A DNA stretch of 64,000 nt from Callorhinchus milii (lineage: Eukaryota). Made by a program: the position numbers and the translations under genes. This document shows, piece by piece, positions 50,289-64,000 of the stretch (its first letter is position 1; each line of letters starts with the position of its first letter). The notes beneath the pieces are model-generated. The model ran no database searches. It was not told the origin of the DNA and worked only from the letters and a program-made list of their open reading frames with translations. The stretch is taken from the NCBI RefSeq assembly GCF_018977255.1, contig NW_024704742.1, positions 86,926,001 to 86,990,000 on the forward strand, written 5' to 3'.

Positions 50289-51917
50289 ACAGAGTGTACG
50301 TGGGAATTTTCAGTGACGGAATGATACAATCTTTGTTCTAAGAGAATCTAAGAGTTTGCTACCAATGGATTTGTTGCCCATTTCGGAAATTATATATATT
50401 TAAAAGCCAAGTACTATCCACTCATTACCCAACAAGGAAGGAGAGGGAATTACAAGGAATGTTTGTTTAATATGGTTGGCATGGCAAATAAATACTGGCG
50501 TTTGATATAGTGCCTCATGAAGTCAAAACACTTCACAAAATGAATGTTTGACTGTTATGCAGACAAACACAACAGCTAATCTGTACCAGCAATGTTCTAC
50601 AAACAGCAATTGCACAATTAAATCTGTTGAGGGTGGAGAAAGAGGGTAGGGATTGGGTGGGGGAGGATTATTGTCTAGTATACTAGGAATGCTTCTTGCT
50701 CGCGTGAAATATTGCCCTGAGATTTTGGACATCAAATTAATCCAGCAGAATGTCTTGGTTTTAATGTTTTATGAACCCTCCAGTAATGCAGTGCTCTGAG
50801 CAATGTACTATAGTCTCAATCTAAATTATGAGCTCATATCCTGGTATGGAGCTCGAAACTACAAATGCTCTGACAGAGGCGAGTGATAAGTAAGATAAAC
50901 TACGATCCCTAAATCCAAGTAGTATTACTGTAGAGACTGCACATAATGTAATCAATTTTGATAATAATAATTTTGGACACTACTTTTAAACAATGATGAT
51001 TACGAATCAACAAAATCCCTGAATAATTCTATAGCAGGCAGGTAATGGTGTACTTAAAAAAACACCTGCAACTCGCAAGGAAAGAGCTAGAAATGCCACC
51101 AACACCCCTGAATAAATAAAACTCCAAGGAATCAACCCATCATAAACTGCATTGCTCAGCCCTGACAAACTGTGTCCCGTATGCAATATTCCAGTGATCC
51201 CCAAGTTAGCTATGGAGTACTGGGCTATAAAGGAAAGCTAGTAGGGGCTCCAAAGTACTCGCTGAAACAGACCACGGAGAAGCAATGAGATCCAAGCTTC
51301 TAAAGCCAAGGAAATAATTCATGGAGTGAATGTAAGGAACATTTGTTCATAACCAAGAGGAAATGGACACTACTTCATGTTAACAAAGAAATCAGAGCAA
51401 TATTTGGGGCTTTTAACTAAATTGACTGACTTATCCAGTAGAAAGCTAACCAACCACCCCCCAAAAAACATTTTTGAGTTAACTGGGTCTGAGGTTAAAG
51501 TCCAAAATGAGTCCAGTGTTCTAGGCATAATCATCCCTTCTGATAGCCCATTAACCCCACTCCCTTCTCTCAGCTAACTTCAGCCTTTAGCACGTCCCTC
51601 ATCTCCTCAACTGCTCAATCAGTAGCCGTGCTTTCAACTGCTACTCACCAAATTCTGGAACTTCTTGTTTCAATCCCTCCACCTTTCCCCTCTCTTTGTC
51701 CATCTTTAGATTGTGCCTGAAGACCTTCCTCTTTAACCGTGCCAATAGTGACATTTCTCCTCTCTATTCCCTCCAAGCCCTAATGATGAACCAGGCTAGC
51801 TAGTCTGGTATCAGCTTTGCTTCGGAGTACTGCAAGGAACCAGATTATCTTGACCACCATAGAGGATTGAACCGATTGTGATAGTCCATTGCCAGGACAG
51901 TCACCTTGAAGCCAACT

Positions 51918-53368
51918 CAAAGCCTTAGCTTTATAAATAGAGGCACAGAGTATAAAAACAAGGAAGTTATGTTGAACCTTTACTAATCGCTGGTAAGACC
52001 TCATCTGGAGTATTGTGTACAATTCTTGGTACCATACTTTAGGAAGGATGTCAGAAGATTGGAGAGGGTATAGAGGAGATTCACAAGAATGATATCAGGG
52101 ATGAGGGGCTACAATTATGTGGAGAGACTAGAGAGGCTGGCATTATTCTACTTTTAGCAGAGAAGGTTGAGGGGAGATTTAATAGAGGTGTTCAAAATTA
52201 TGAGGGGTTTTCATAGAGTAGATAGGGAGAAACTGTTTCCTCTGGCATGTGGGTCGGTAACCAGAGGACATAGATTTAAGATAATTGGCGAACAACAACA
52301 AAATTACATTTGTATAGCAGCTTTCACGTTGGGAGGATGTCCCAAGGTCCTGGAAGGTCAGTGTTTCAGATCTGAGTTGCGGGTTGGGATTGGGGAGGGC
52401 AGGGAATTGAAGCAGGTGATCAAAAATACGGTCGAAGGAGGGTTTTGAAATGGGTCTTGAAAGAGGTAAGGGAGGGGGTGAGGTGGAGGGACTGCAGGAG
52501 TTCCAGAAGGTAGGGGCACAGTGGCAGAAGGCCCGCCCGCCAATGGTAGAGTGGGCGAGGCAGGGGGTGTGAAGCAGGCTGGAGCCCGCTGAGCGGAGGG
52601 AGCGGGCAGGATGGTAGAGGGTAAGGAGGTTGGAGAGGTTGGGGGGAGCGAGGCCATGGAGGGCTTTGAAGGTGATGACCAGGATCTTGAATTGTATCCT
52701 CTGAGTGATGGAAAGCCAGTGGAGTCAGGCGAGGATGGGGGTGAGATGGTCATGGAGTTTGGTGCAGGAAGACACAGGCTAGAGTTCTGGATGATCTGCA
52801 TAGGAGAGGAGTGGTGTGGGAATGCTACCAGTGGATAGGGAGAGGTTTATGATGTCTGTGAGTAGAGGGGCAAGGAGGTGGAGCTGGGAAGTAAGAAGAG
52901 GGGTAGGGAAGGAGTCGAGAGAGTTTCACACAGTTTATAGTGGCGATGAGAGAGGAGGGGGAGACAGGTTCGAAGGTGTGGAGGGAGGGATGGGTAGGGG
53001 TGGGGTGAGAGAGGAAGATGGGGAGGGGGTAGCAGACGGAAGGCAGAGGCAGCTAAGTGGATCCCCTCGTCTTTGGATTCAAGGAAGTCCAGCATCATCT
53101 TGCAGAATATATATATTTTGTTTCGCCTGGCAAAAGAACAAGAGGGCAGATGAGGATAATTTTTTTCACCAGAGAGTTGTTACTATCTGGAATGAACTGC
53201 CTGAAAGGGTGGTGGAAGCAGATTCAATAATAGCTTTAAAAGGGAATTGGATAGGTACTTAAAAAGGAAAAAATTGTAGGGCTATGGGGTAAGAGCGGGG
53301 ATGTTGGATTAATTGCTAGCTCTCTCAAAGAATGCCTCCTTCTGGGCTGTAAGATTTTATTCTATGAC
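51918..53368 (+). mobile_element. CR1 3' fragment interrupted by L2 (52293-53127)
   Basis: RGDLIEVFKIMRGF...GHRFKIIG | KRTR..FFHQRVVTIWNELPERVVEADS; duplicated tggc(a/g)aa at the breakpoints. Confidence 0.88.
52293..53127 (-). mobile_element. Internally deleted L2 inserted in CR1
   Basis: The 3' ORF2 and tail (52293-52800) are fused to a pre-RT segment (LDSFPTPLLTSQLHLLAPLLTDIINLSLSTG, ~52815-52920). Confidence 0.8.
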
Positions 53369-54759
53369 TCTCAAGTTGGAATAATGAAAATCCAGTATCT
53401 AGCAACTGTAGTAAGTTGGGTAACGTTTTTCAGATCAAGATCAGGGACTTAAACCTGGGCTTTGAAGTTGCTGTTCCATTTAACTTGCATAGCATTATGG
53501 AAGTTGCACCTAGGTTTCATGTAAAATTGAATGTTAAGGATCCTTGAGTAATGTATGGTGCAAGGCAATAGCAAAGGAGGAGTGACTCCAAACAAAGCTA
53601 TCTCACATTTGCTTTCAGGAAACAGCCTGGGTTGTATTTCTGTTCCCCACAATTAACATTCTTGAGCTACTAAAGCAGTAATGTCCCACCCAGAGATTGA
53701 TTAACTCTTGTAGGTTATACATTTACAGTACAACTCCAAGGCCATAGCAAAGAATGATCGTTTCAACCTACAGGCGTTTGTGTGGATAACAATGTATGAC
53801 AGCAAGTCTTAAGATATTTATACTTGATCAGGTGATCTTTTGCTCCACCCCATTGGACTCTGAATTCAAAGGAGGTAGAAACTAAACATTCCATTCCTTA
53901 TTGCCAGTTTGAACTGCTCGACTGTGGGAAAACAAATTAAAATGAATAAATCTCAAGCCAATAACCAGTTGTCACCTTCCAGTAATAAACTAGAATTAAG
54001 AGAACAATCTCTTATCTTAAATTGACTATCTAAATTGACGAACAAGTTATGTTAACTGAATCCTTTTCATTTGGTCATGTTTTGGTGAAGTGGAGAAGTG
54101 TATAAATGTTTAAACTCTACATTATCGACTAATGAACTAACAATATGGGGCTGTTTAACATGAAGACAATACAAAAGAATCTTAGTGGTAAAAGTGATTT
54201 GGAACTAATATGCAACATGGAGCATTCCCTCCTCGTCACGCAATTTAAACCATCAATGCATTGAAGAGGAAATTTGATGCATGCATATGGGGAAGGGAGG
54301 TAACGGATATGGTAGAGGAGATTAGGAGTGCAGGCTCATGTGGAGTATGAACACGGCCATGGACTAGTTACACAAAATGGCCTGTTTTGTGCAGTTTAGT
54401 GTAATGATACACCAACATAGTATTGAGCCTGAGACTACATGATCCACAGCAATCGCCCTCTTCCCTTGCTCCCTTCAAGGTCCGCTTGAAATGTACTTTT
54501 GGCTATCTCTCCTTCCCCCACTCCCACCATTAGCTTGGGTGCAAACAGACTGTCCAGCACCTTGGGACATCCTCCCAATGTGACAGGTGCTATACAAATG
54601 TAAATTTGTATTGTATTGTTGCCTTTCCAAATTCAGCTGATGAGCTGGCCTGGCTAGTGTGTCATTACGAAGATTGACTCAATTCTGATATTCTGTTGCC
54701 AAGGAGGTCACCCTCACAGTGAAGTCCTGGGTAGCATTATCCTTCCATGCAAGGAGCTA

Positions 54760-55545
54760 CAATAATAACATTACATTTGTATAGCGCCTTTCACGTCGGG
54801 AGGATGTCCCAAGGCACTGGATAGTGTACAGCATTTCAACTTGAGCTGGGGACAGGGGGTAGAAGGGAGGAGAGGGGAAGGGGTGTGACAATTGGTAAGG
54901 TTGAAGAGGAGGGTTTTGAGGGTTTTGAAGGAGGCGATGGAGGGCGAGTCGGAGTGATTGAGGGATGGAATTCCAGAGGTTGGGGACAGAGTGGCTGAAG
55001 GCTCTCCCGCCAATGGTGGGGCGGGTGGGTCGGGGGACGTGGAGCCGGCCAGAGCCGGCTGAGTGGAGGGAATGGGTGGGTTGGTAGGGAGTTAGGAGGT
55101 TGCAGAGGTAGGATGGGGCGAGGCCATGGAGGGCTTTGTATGTGAGGACCAGAATCTTGAACTGAATCCTCTGAAGGATAGGGAGCCAATGGAGTCGGGC
55201 GAGAGTGGGGGAGATGGGGTCACGGAGTTTGGTGCGGGAGAGGACACGAGCTGTGGAGTTCTGGATTATCTGCAGCCTGTGGAGGGAGGAGTGGGAAGGC
55301 CAACAAGCAGGGCGTTTGCATAGTCGAGCCTGGAGGTGATGAAGGCATGAACAAGAGTTTCAGCGGCTTGAGGGGTGAGGTAGTGGCGGAGTCGGGTGAT
55401 GTTACGGAGGGGAGGGAAGGCAGAGCGGGTCACGGCTTGGATGTGGGGTCGAACAAGACACCTAGGTTCCTGACTGGCTTGGTGAGTTTTAGTGTTGCAA
55501 CCATGGAAGTTGATGCTGCCAGAGCCTGAGGTGCTGAGGCGCTCT
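54760..55545 (-). mobile_element. L2 LINE 3' fragment
   Basis: Colinear with 30414-31198; intact stem-loop tail. Confidence 0.9.
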
Positions 55546-56635
55546 TGCTATTGTTTAAAAAATACATATAATTTTCCAATTTAGCATCAACTTAAACATT
55601 TCACTGGGAAACAAAAACTGATCAAGTATTGAACCACCAGTAATAGATTTTAGTTTCTCAACTCTCCTTGATAGATAGAGTTTGTATAGATAAGAGATTG
55701 AATAAGACCTCAATAACTGTGGTTCATTTCAATGTGCAAACATCACCTTTTACTTGGGGCAAAATCAGACCTGCAGACAGCAAGTTAATTGAAGGTCAGT
55801 CTGTTTTTGACATTTCGTGGAAATATTTTGAAGAAGCTGACATTTGAGTTGAAACTGTATTGATCCAATATGTTGTGTGTTACTGATAAAAAGAGATAGT
55901 CAAATCTCCCACAGTGCCCCGACTACGCAGCAACCAAAAATATCTAGACTTGTACATATGATGAGTCAGACCCTATCAAGCAGGTAGCTTTCTGCTCTTG
56001 TTTTTAGATTAGGTGAACCCAGGAGTTATATTGCAGTAATGTTGCACTATATTTCTTCTGAACAAGACAATCTCCAGCGGCAACTTGTGTGATAAAGGGG
56101 CTGTTTTTCCCCTGAACACCCTTCTGGAGAGTTGAATCTCCATTGCTTTTGCAAACAAGAGCTCGGAGTAAACATTCTTATTTTAAAGAATAAAATAATA
56201 TTTTATTATTAATATAAATAATATAAATATTAAAATTGTGGCAATGGACTGAGTGGACCCAGGGCAGTTCTGTGGATGCCTAGTTTGTAAACTTCTGGTC
56301 TGAGCAGTAAAAATCCCTGTTCAAAGAGTTGCGTATCCACCATTTGTGTACATTTCTACCACTATTATTTGGGTAGCGCAGATCCCAAAATAATTTAACG
56401 GCAGTTTACACATGTGTAGAAACCAGACATCCCTGCGATATTAATGCAGATTAACAGTTTAAATACTACCACTCTACCCTTCTGCTGAGTTCATGCCATG
56501 GGTATATTGAAGAAATCATTGTTTCAAACTGGAAAACTGTGATTTTACAGCAGCCAGTCATTAAAAATATACACTGTACAAAGATTTATAGGTTGACTCT
56601 CCAATACAGGGCTGGGGATGTGCTCATTATCGGAC

Positions 56636-56931
56636 ATGCCATCCTTCGGATGAGACGATAAACCAAGGTATAGTCTGCCTGTTTAGGCGGATGTTAAAAA
56701 TCCCATGACACTAATCGAAAAGAGAAGGGAATTTCTCCTGGTGTCCTGGTCACCAATCCCCCAAATAAAATTGGTCTCTAACTTCATGGCTGTTTGTGGG
56801 ACATTGCTGGGCGCACAATGGCTACCACATTCACACAAAATGCAGTCAATCCACTTTACAGTATATTCTGTGAAGCGCTTTGAGAAGTCTTAACAATGTG
56901 ATAAGGCGTTATATCAAATGCAAGGATTATT
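56636..56931 (+). mobile_element. DeuSINE lacking its head
   Basis: gccatccttcggatgagacgataaaccaagg Deu core through to the atcaaatgcaaggattatt tail. Confidence 0.85.
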
Positions 56932-58929
56932 ACCATAAATTGCTGCACTTAAGTGATGTTGGTTACAAGGCTATCAAAAGTCTGCAACCAGTCTATGCTG
57001 GAAGCTTTGTTGGAATGCTGTCAGAGTATCAGAATGAGGCAACCCCTCCAGTTTGGCGATATGGCTCAGTGGCCTCATGCAATATGAAAGTGGCATTAAA
57101 GAAAAAGAGATCAAACTTCAACCAGAAATACTTGCTGCTATTGGTGTGCCATGTTAATACAAAAAAGAGCCCGTAGTTTAGCGGGGAAAAACAAATGTGG
57201 AGAAAGTAGTTTCTGCTTCTTAACTGTTTGGAAAAAGGATGTCTCAGCCAGGGTACGCTATTTAAGAACGTGAGTTTTGTGCAGTCAAATTTAAGATGTT
57301 TGCCCAAGATGCTGACTCCATGCAAATCTTTAAGAATAATAAGCTTTAAAAAGAGAAACCAACACTTTGAAAGACTTCAATCTAAAGTCTGAAGCCATTC
57401 AGAAAGACGGAGGTAAAGCAATGGGTAAGAATGTTAACTTTGATACTAACAACATCGTGCCGATAGCAGTGTTAGTTTTCATATTGTATGGTAAATAAAG
57501 TTGGTACATTTGTTTAGTCTGTAAACTTCTAAGGTCTCTGGAGCAATATTCCCTTTTCAAAGATGAGTTTGCTGGCTTGGCTCGTGACCACATTGTAACA
57601 GTATGCAGACTGGTAGTTAAGGGTTAACCCACATTCAGTATTTGAGGCAAAAAGGTAGCCTGTCAGACATGCACTTAATAAGGGCTCACAAATCTGTGTT
57701 ATTATTATTTCAGGGGATACAAGTTTTACTTGTTGCTAGTCTATTATACGTATCAGTACCCAAAAGCCTGAAAGTTGTGGTTTATAGTAAATGATCTAAA
57801 ATGACTAAAACTAGTTTTAGTGTATAATGGGAATCTCGACACCACCCACAAACATCTTAAACTCTACACACAACAAAATGGTACTGCCTTTCGAAAAAAA
57901 GCACACATCAGTCGCTAAACATATTAGTATGATTATTTGTCAAGGTTTTATTTTTCAACTATCATTCAAACAACTACAAGAAAGCAGTAAACCCAGGAAA
58001 GCAAGATATTCTTGAACCCCATGTGGGAAAATAAAAGTAAAGAGGACAATAGTCTTAAAATACTGCATAGCATATTTAAAGTTCAAATAAAGTTATAGGC
58101 CCAGACAGGCCTGACATAAGGTTGACACAATATTTAACTTCAATAGCAGGAAAGGATGAATTGGTTTACTTTCTAACATGTTTTCAATATTCGTGGGGTC
58201 CTGGCTGAATTTTCCTGTGAAGGGATGTAATGACACCATCAAAGCAAGAACCTGCAAAACGTTTCTTCCTAAAATCAATAGAGGGTTTAAGATACTCAAA
58301 ACATGCAGGCCTGATGTTAACCCTAATGTGATTCTAAGAATGAAAGAAAAATACAAAAATGTCAAGACGTCAGCAGAAATCTACTTCCCAACCACTGCAC
58401 CAATTTAGCAATAATAATAACATTTGCATTTAATATAGTGCCTTATCACATCATTGAGATGTCTCAAAGCACTTCACGGAACAAGTTATAAAGTAGATTG
58501 ACTGTGTATTTTGTGGGTGAAACACGGCAGCCAATTGTGCACAGCAGTATCCCACAAACAGTTGTGGATTGAATGACCAAATTTCTTTATTTGTTTATTG
58601 GAGGGATTATTATGAGCTTAGTTCTGGAAGACTAACTCATATCAAAGAAGCAGAGCTTTATTAATTGGGAGCGTATAACCTTCAGCATGGCAATCAGTTT
58701 TGCATGCGTCAAACTGACACCCAACTGAACAAAAAAAAGGCCATTCTGACCTTGGTCCTTTGAGGAAATCTGCACACCTGAAAGATGTTCAAGACATCAA
58801 CATTTTGTCAACACCTATTCCCTATTTGCAAGACCTTGAAATTCACGGGGTGAATTCAAATAGTCTTATTTATGTCCCTCACTAAATGGATGTTCAGTCT
58901 CCCAGAAACACCTTTCAAAATGCAAAACT

Positions 58930-59320
58930 CCACTGTCCACATTCTCATCCACATTAAACTCTGTACCTCCCATTACTCCAGTCCTTGTCAAACTCCATTG
59001 CCTCCCTGTCACAGAGTGGATTGATTTCAAGATCCTCAATCTTGTATTTCAATCCCTTCACGCCTGGCACCCTCTATCTCTCCAATCTGCTCTCCCTACA
59101 CGACTACCAGCTGCCTCCGCTCGACTGCATTCTCCTTGTTCCCCAGACCCTCTGCTCCACCATCAGCGGCCGTGCTTTTAGCCACTATGGCCCGAAGCTG
59201 TGGAACTCTCTCCCTCAATCCCTTCGCCTTGCTCCCTCTCTCCCCATTTTCAGGTCGCGTTAAAGAACTTCCTCTTCGACCGTGCCCATGGTTACCTTCC
59301 CCCTCCCATTTGTTGGGCCT
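58930..59320 (+). mobile_element. L2 ORF2 3' fragment
   Basis: STISGRAFSHYGPKLWNSLPQSLRLAPSL...KNFLFDRA. Confidence 0.85.
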
Positions 59321-62300
59321 GGTTATTCGAAAAATCAGCAGAGGTAACCAATTGCACACAAAGCAATGTGTGGTTACATGTATGGTCCTGGTTCCTGCTC
59401 CACATAAATATAAGTACCATTGTGTAAAGATGGTCCTCTCAAAACATTGCCTTTAAGATTCTAACAAGGTGGCAGCCACCTCCTGACCACCTCTTAGGGT
59501 CTCACAAACAGTCATGGGCAGGGTACCATGTGAATGGCTCCCACTATTTGAGTAGCAGGTTGAAGCAGCCCAATTATAGCCATTCTAGAGTAAATGTTGT
59601 CTGAAAGTGCAGAAACTGGACCTAAAAGCGAGTCCTCCACTCCCTGTGGTTGAGATTGTGATCAACTGCCCAGCAGCAGTAAATGCAAGACCTGCTATGG
59701 AGTCCCAGAAATTAGCTATAAAGGCAGTGGTCTTAAAGTAGATGTGTAGGTACTATACTTTTGAGAAACAGACCATTGGAAACCAGGATTAGTTATTATT
59801 CAACAACAACAAAATTACATTTGTATAGCACCTTTCATGTCAGGAGAATGTCCCAAGGTGCTGGACAATCAGTGTTTCAGACCTGAGCTGGGGGTCAGGA
59901 TCAGGGAAGGGATTCACATCAATGACCGCAAGGTTGTGGGCAGGGAATCATCCTACTGAGCATCATCCCATCCCTGTTAACCATGCAAGTCAAAGCCCTA
60001 ACAGGTAGGGTAATCCTCGCTGGACAAGCAGACGGAAAGCTTGCCAAACAGTGATATCAATGGCAAGCTATGCAGTTTTAGCTGGTTAGACTCCAGCAGT
60101 TACCCCAACACACACTCTAAGGTCCTCAAGCCCTTGGCTCCTGCCAACCTGCACCTAATACTTTCCAGAATTAGATAAGCAGGATGCGTCCCTCCAGGGA
60201 GAGAGTGCACATTCCATTCCAACATTCTCTCTCTGGGTTTTCCATGTATAGGTGGGATGCATGGAATTCTCAGTTTGATTTGGATACTCTTGACACACGT
60301 GTCAGACACCCAGCTGACCAAAAAAAGACCACCAGGCAACAAATCCTGCCAGAAGTCAAATTATCCTAGGATCGTTTGGATTTAATTTACAAACATGGCA
60401 GTGCAGACAGATGCAATAAGCAGTGACTCAGACTCAGCAGGACATCTGATGGTTACTTAATTTTTTCCAGAGCCGATATGACATTTTAACTGACAGAAAT
60501 GCCTTACAAGTCACACAAGAATATTCAATTCATCCATAAAATTTGTAGAAAAAAATTATTTTTATCTCTTTGCCTCAACACCATATCCATCTCAGTATAT
60601 AATTAGAAATGGTTTTCAAATATAATTGGAGCACATTTGTGTTCATAAAAACTTTAGATTCTGTATTATGACAGGGCACATTAAAAATGGGCAGCGCTTC
60701 TGGGTCGTTGGGTTGCAGGTGACATCATTGCCTGTGAGGGAAGCTGGTAATTGCTAGCGAGAACCTTTCCAACCTTTTTTTAAGGCCATTGCTAGGTGCT
60801 GGGAGCCCTTCTGTACTGACCCTCTATTGCTGTGTGCAACTGGCTGCCACATTTCGCCCACAAAATATACAGTCAATTCACTTTACAGTATATTCTTTGA
60901 AGTACTTTGAGATGTCACAAAGACATGATAAGGTGCTATATCAAATGCAAGGATTGTTATTATTGTTATTATTATTAGGAAGCCAGATGTTAACCACCGC
61001 TGATATACTGTGGGTTTACAGTACACCTACGCTATAAGCTGAAACATGCTATTACTAAGGCACATTATACAACTCAGTCAAGTCTGCATTCATAGTGTTT
61101 TACACAGTGTATTCCACCTAATTATAGGTGAGAAGGGATTAATTATTGAATTATGCCTGTAGATTCTTCAGCCATCAAAAAGTGTGTGTGTGTGTGTACT
61201 CTGCATGTGTATTGTAATAGATCATGCAAGTTAAAGCTTTTTTTTCCAAAATTTTAACAATAGAAGGAATTATCATGGCTTCCCTCACTCAAATGGGGTA
61301 GGTTCAATTGTGTGCCTTTTTGCACTGTGAATTTGTTACACATGAGAAATAAAACAAATTGTAAAGATATCAGTGTTGATATCAGAAAATAAATCTTCTT
61401 TCGCCCCCAAAGATGTTGGCAACTTTAGCTTGCTCACAATTGAATGAGAGATGGATTTTAAATCATTAATATTTATAATATTTATAAAATTGCAGCATTA
61501 AGATAATACATTCTTGTAAACACTGCCAAAAAGGAATAATTTTAGGATAATTTACATTTATTAATGAATGTGGTGAATCAGGTTTACCTGTTAAGTGTGA
61601 AGAACAGATCTTCCATGTTAAGAACCTGCAAATATTTCAGAGACGCAATGGTCTCAGGAGTTTCAAATTATACATAATTACATTAAAATAATTCTGTTCT
61701 GGAATATTAGTTTTTTGTTGCAATTTGATGAATTCACAGGAGAAAACATTGTGAAAACATTTATACGGTTGCAAGAATCTAGCACAATGTATATTTTGTG
61801 ATCAGCACAGTTTTAAAGGCGTGCAAATGTGATTGAGACTTTTTTTTGGAAAAGGCGCTAGAATTGTGTGCTTAAGTCAATGTGGTGTCAGAATCAAAGA
61901 TTTATTGGCCAAGTCAAATACTCCTCATTAGATCATTTTATTTACAAATGCAGAACAAAAAATATAGGGTTTTTTATGTAAAAAGAAAATACCAATAAAC
62001 AATGCTCACCCAGCACTGCACTGAAATGTCAGACTAGACTATGAGTTCGAAGTCCCTAAGTGGGGCTTGATCCCACAACCTTCTGACTCAGAAGTGACAG
62101 TGCTACCAACAGAGCTAGGAAAACATCCTGATATAGCAGCAACTTCATTAAATACTCAATCCTGAGTTAAACTTCAAATCAAATCCTCGATTTTCTCCCC
62201 TCCTCTTGAAAGTCCTGGGATCATCACAGGCATCTATTCACCTCTGGTATTTTCCTCAAATGACAAAATGCACAAATAATATTACCTACATACCAAGATT

Positions 62301-63854
62301 CACTATATTGCTAATCAGTAATAGTCTGTAAAGTATTCGGGACATTTATTTGACGTGAAAGGAGGTGCTGAAATGCAAGTAATTTAGTGGATGTGAGGCT
62401 GGACAGCAAGTTCAATATTGCGTTAAACTGGATAGTGAGTAAAGTGGGTATTGCTGTTGAGCCCATTCCTGTGTTCATACATTGACAGTCACATATCAAA
62501 CTTGTAATAGATGATACCAAATAATTAGGCTTACAGCCTTAGCCAACTTTCACTCACAAGACCAGGGTCTTCGGTCTTTCCTGCATAACCAAAGTTCCAT
62601 GCTAGGAAGTGGCTTGCACGACAATTGCAGTCTAATTTAGTATCACTCCCATTTCTGGTATTACTGCCTAAAAGATCCTACAGACTAAAGGATGGACTTC
62701 ATCACAGTTGAACATCGTTTGAGGGCATCTCAGAAATGAAGGAAATCTATCAATCTTCTTTTCATTTCCCCGTCACTTTGAAATTGATGGTAACCGGAAT
62801 CCAAAGTGGACCAGTACAAAGTACGTCAGTCTATTAAATATGCCTTTAAAACTGTAGTGAGTTTCCAGTGTACCAAGTAATTGAGGATACTACTGGAAGC
62901 TTGTAATGCAAAGTAGTTCCAACTAAACTCAATCAAACTGGAAAAGCCGTTTATTCTTTCTGTCAGCTGGGAGTCTGACACACGTAGAAACCAATTACCA
63001 TGAGTAAGGGTATTCAAATCCAGACTGAATTCCATGCCTGCCACCTGCACATGGAAATTCCCTAATTTGGAATTGAATATGCACTCTCTCCCTAAAGTAT
63101 TATTTATTTCTAAATTTACTGTTGAAGGTAACACCCAACCCAATGGATTTACTAATATTTCTTATTTCAAAGAATAATGAAAAATACAACAGAACTCATA
63201 ATAAAATGATAGCTTCCTGACAAATTCACTTGGGAAATAATTAATTGAACATTACGATCAAGACTAATAAACGAAAAAAGCAATCAAGTACAAATAAATG
63301 CTTTGTATTCCTCGTTTAAACCTCGAGTACACAAGCACAGCTTTCAAAACAAAGGCTCTTTATCAAAGTATCATGCAACACATCTATATCATGATTTTCC
63401 ATACACGGGTAGCTTTGAAGCGTAATGCAAAAGTCAGAGAACTGTTGGAAATATTTTTCTTTAAAATAGATTCCAGCTGTAATTTAAATCTTCATTTTCT
63501 CTGGGAGAATAGGCCTGGAGAAGATAGTATAGGAAGGGTGAGGGGAGACTGAGGGGGTTTGAAGGACAGGACATTTTAAAAATGGACCCACTGGGATATG
63601 GTAAATTCATATAGCAATTCACATAACAAGTCTCAAAGCACTTCACAGGATTTGACTGTAAAGTGTAGTGACTGTGTACTCTCTAGTCGATGAACACGCC
63701 TGCAAGCAAGGCACCGAACCAGAATGCCTTAAATTCATAATAAAAAATAATTGATTGAAATGCTTTTAATAGGGAAATAAATGAATAGTTCAGAATTAAG
63801 GGTGTTAATGGATATGGAGAAACACTAAAATATCTGCCATGTGCTTGCTTGTTC

Positions 63855-64000
63855 TCATTCGTGCGCGTTTTCTCTTGCGTATGCTCGTGTGTTCGTGCGT
63901 GTTTGTGCTCATGCATGCACATTTGTTCGTGTATTCGCTCGCGTGGGCTCATGTATGTGCGTTCGTGCTTGTGTGTGTGCGCTTTTGTGCTCGTGTGTGT
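63855..64000. repeat. Degenerate (GT)/(GTGC/TCGT) microsatellite, truncated by the window end
   Basis: gtgtgttcgtgcgtgtttgtgctc... low-complexity run. Confidence 0.85.

Noticed and set aside
1..64000. CRISPR arrays, prokaryotic operons, intact transposase or full-length LINE
   Set aside because: No regularly spaced repeats and no long ORFs; all LINEs are truncated fragments in vertebrate non-coding DNA.

Overview
Vertebrate genomic DNA, repeat-dense and roughly 40% GC by eye. The repeat content (Deu-domain tRNA-SINEs with L2-type tails, CR1, shark-type Penelope palindrome) points to a cartilaginous fish, possibly a holocephalan; this is inference. The only protein-coding sequence I can support is two minus-strand exons of PIP5K1B: an initiator exon at 7071-6982 (MTSTTENR...EKTYKK) and the next exon at 4067-3937 ([44 protein letters not shown]). 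Neither appears in the ORF track. The remaining ~57 kb is most plausibly 5'UTR introns or upstream DNA, with a few candidate non-coding exons. The recognisable ORF-track ORFs are L2, CR1 or SINE read-throughs. The most notable structures are: a decayed 28S rRNA fragment split by a SINE; a Penelope-type palindrome with hammerhead-ribozyme remnants; three locally templated insertions; repeated antisense insertion of L2 elements into L2/SINE 3' tails; a four-layer nested insertion; a 98-nt near-perfect hairpin; and a SINE family showing head, body and tail module exchange. I found no evidence of a wholly new gene system. Repeat boundaries are approximate and all alignments were done by eye.
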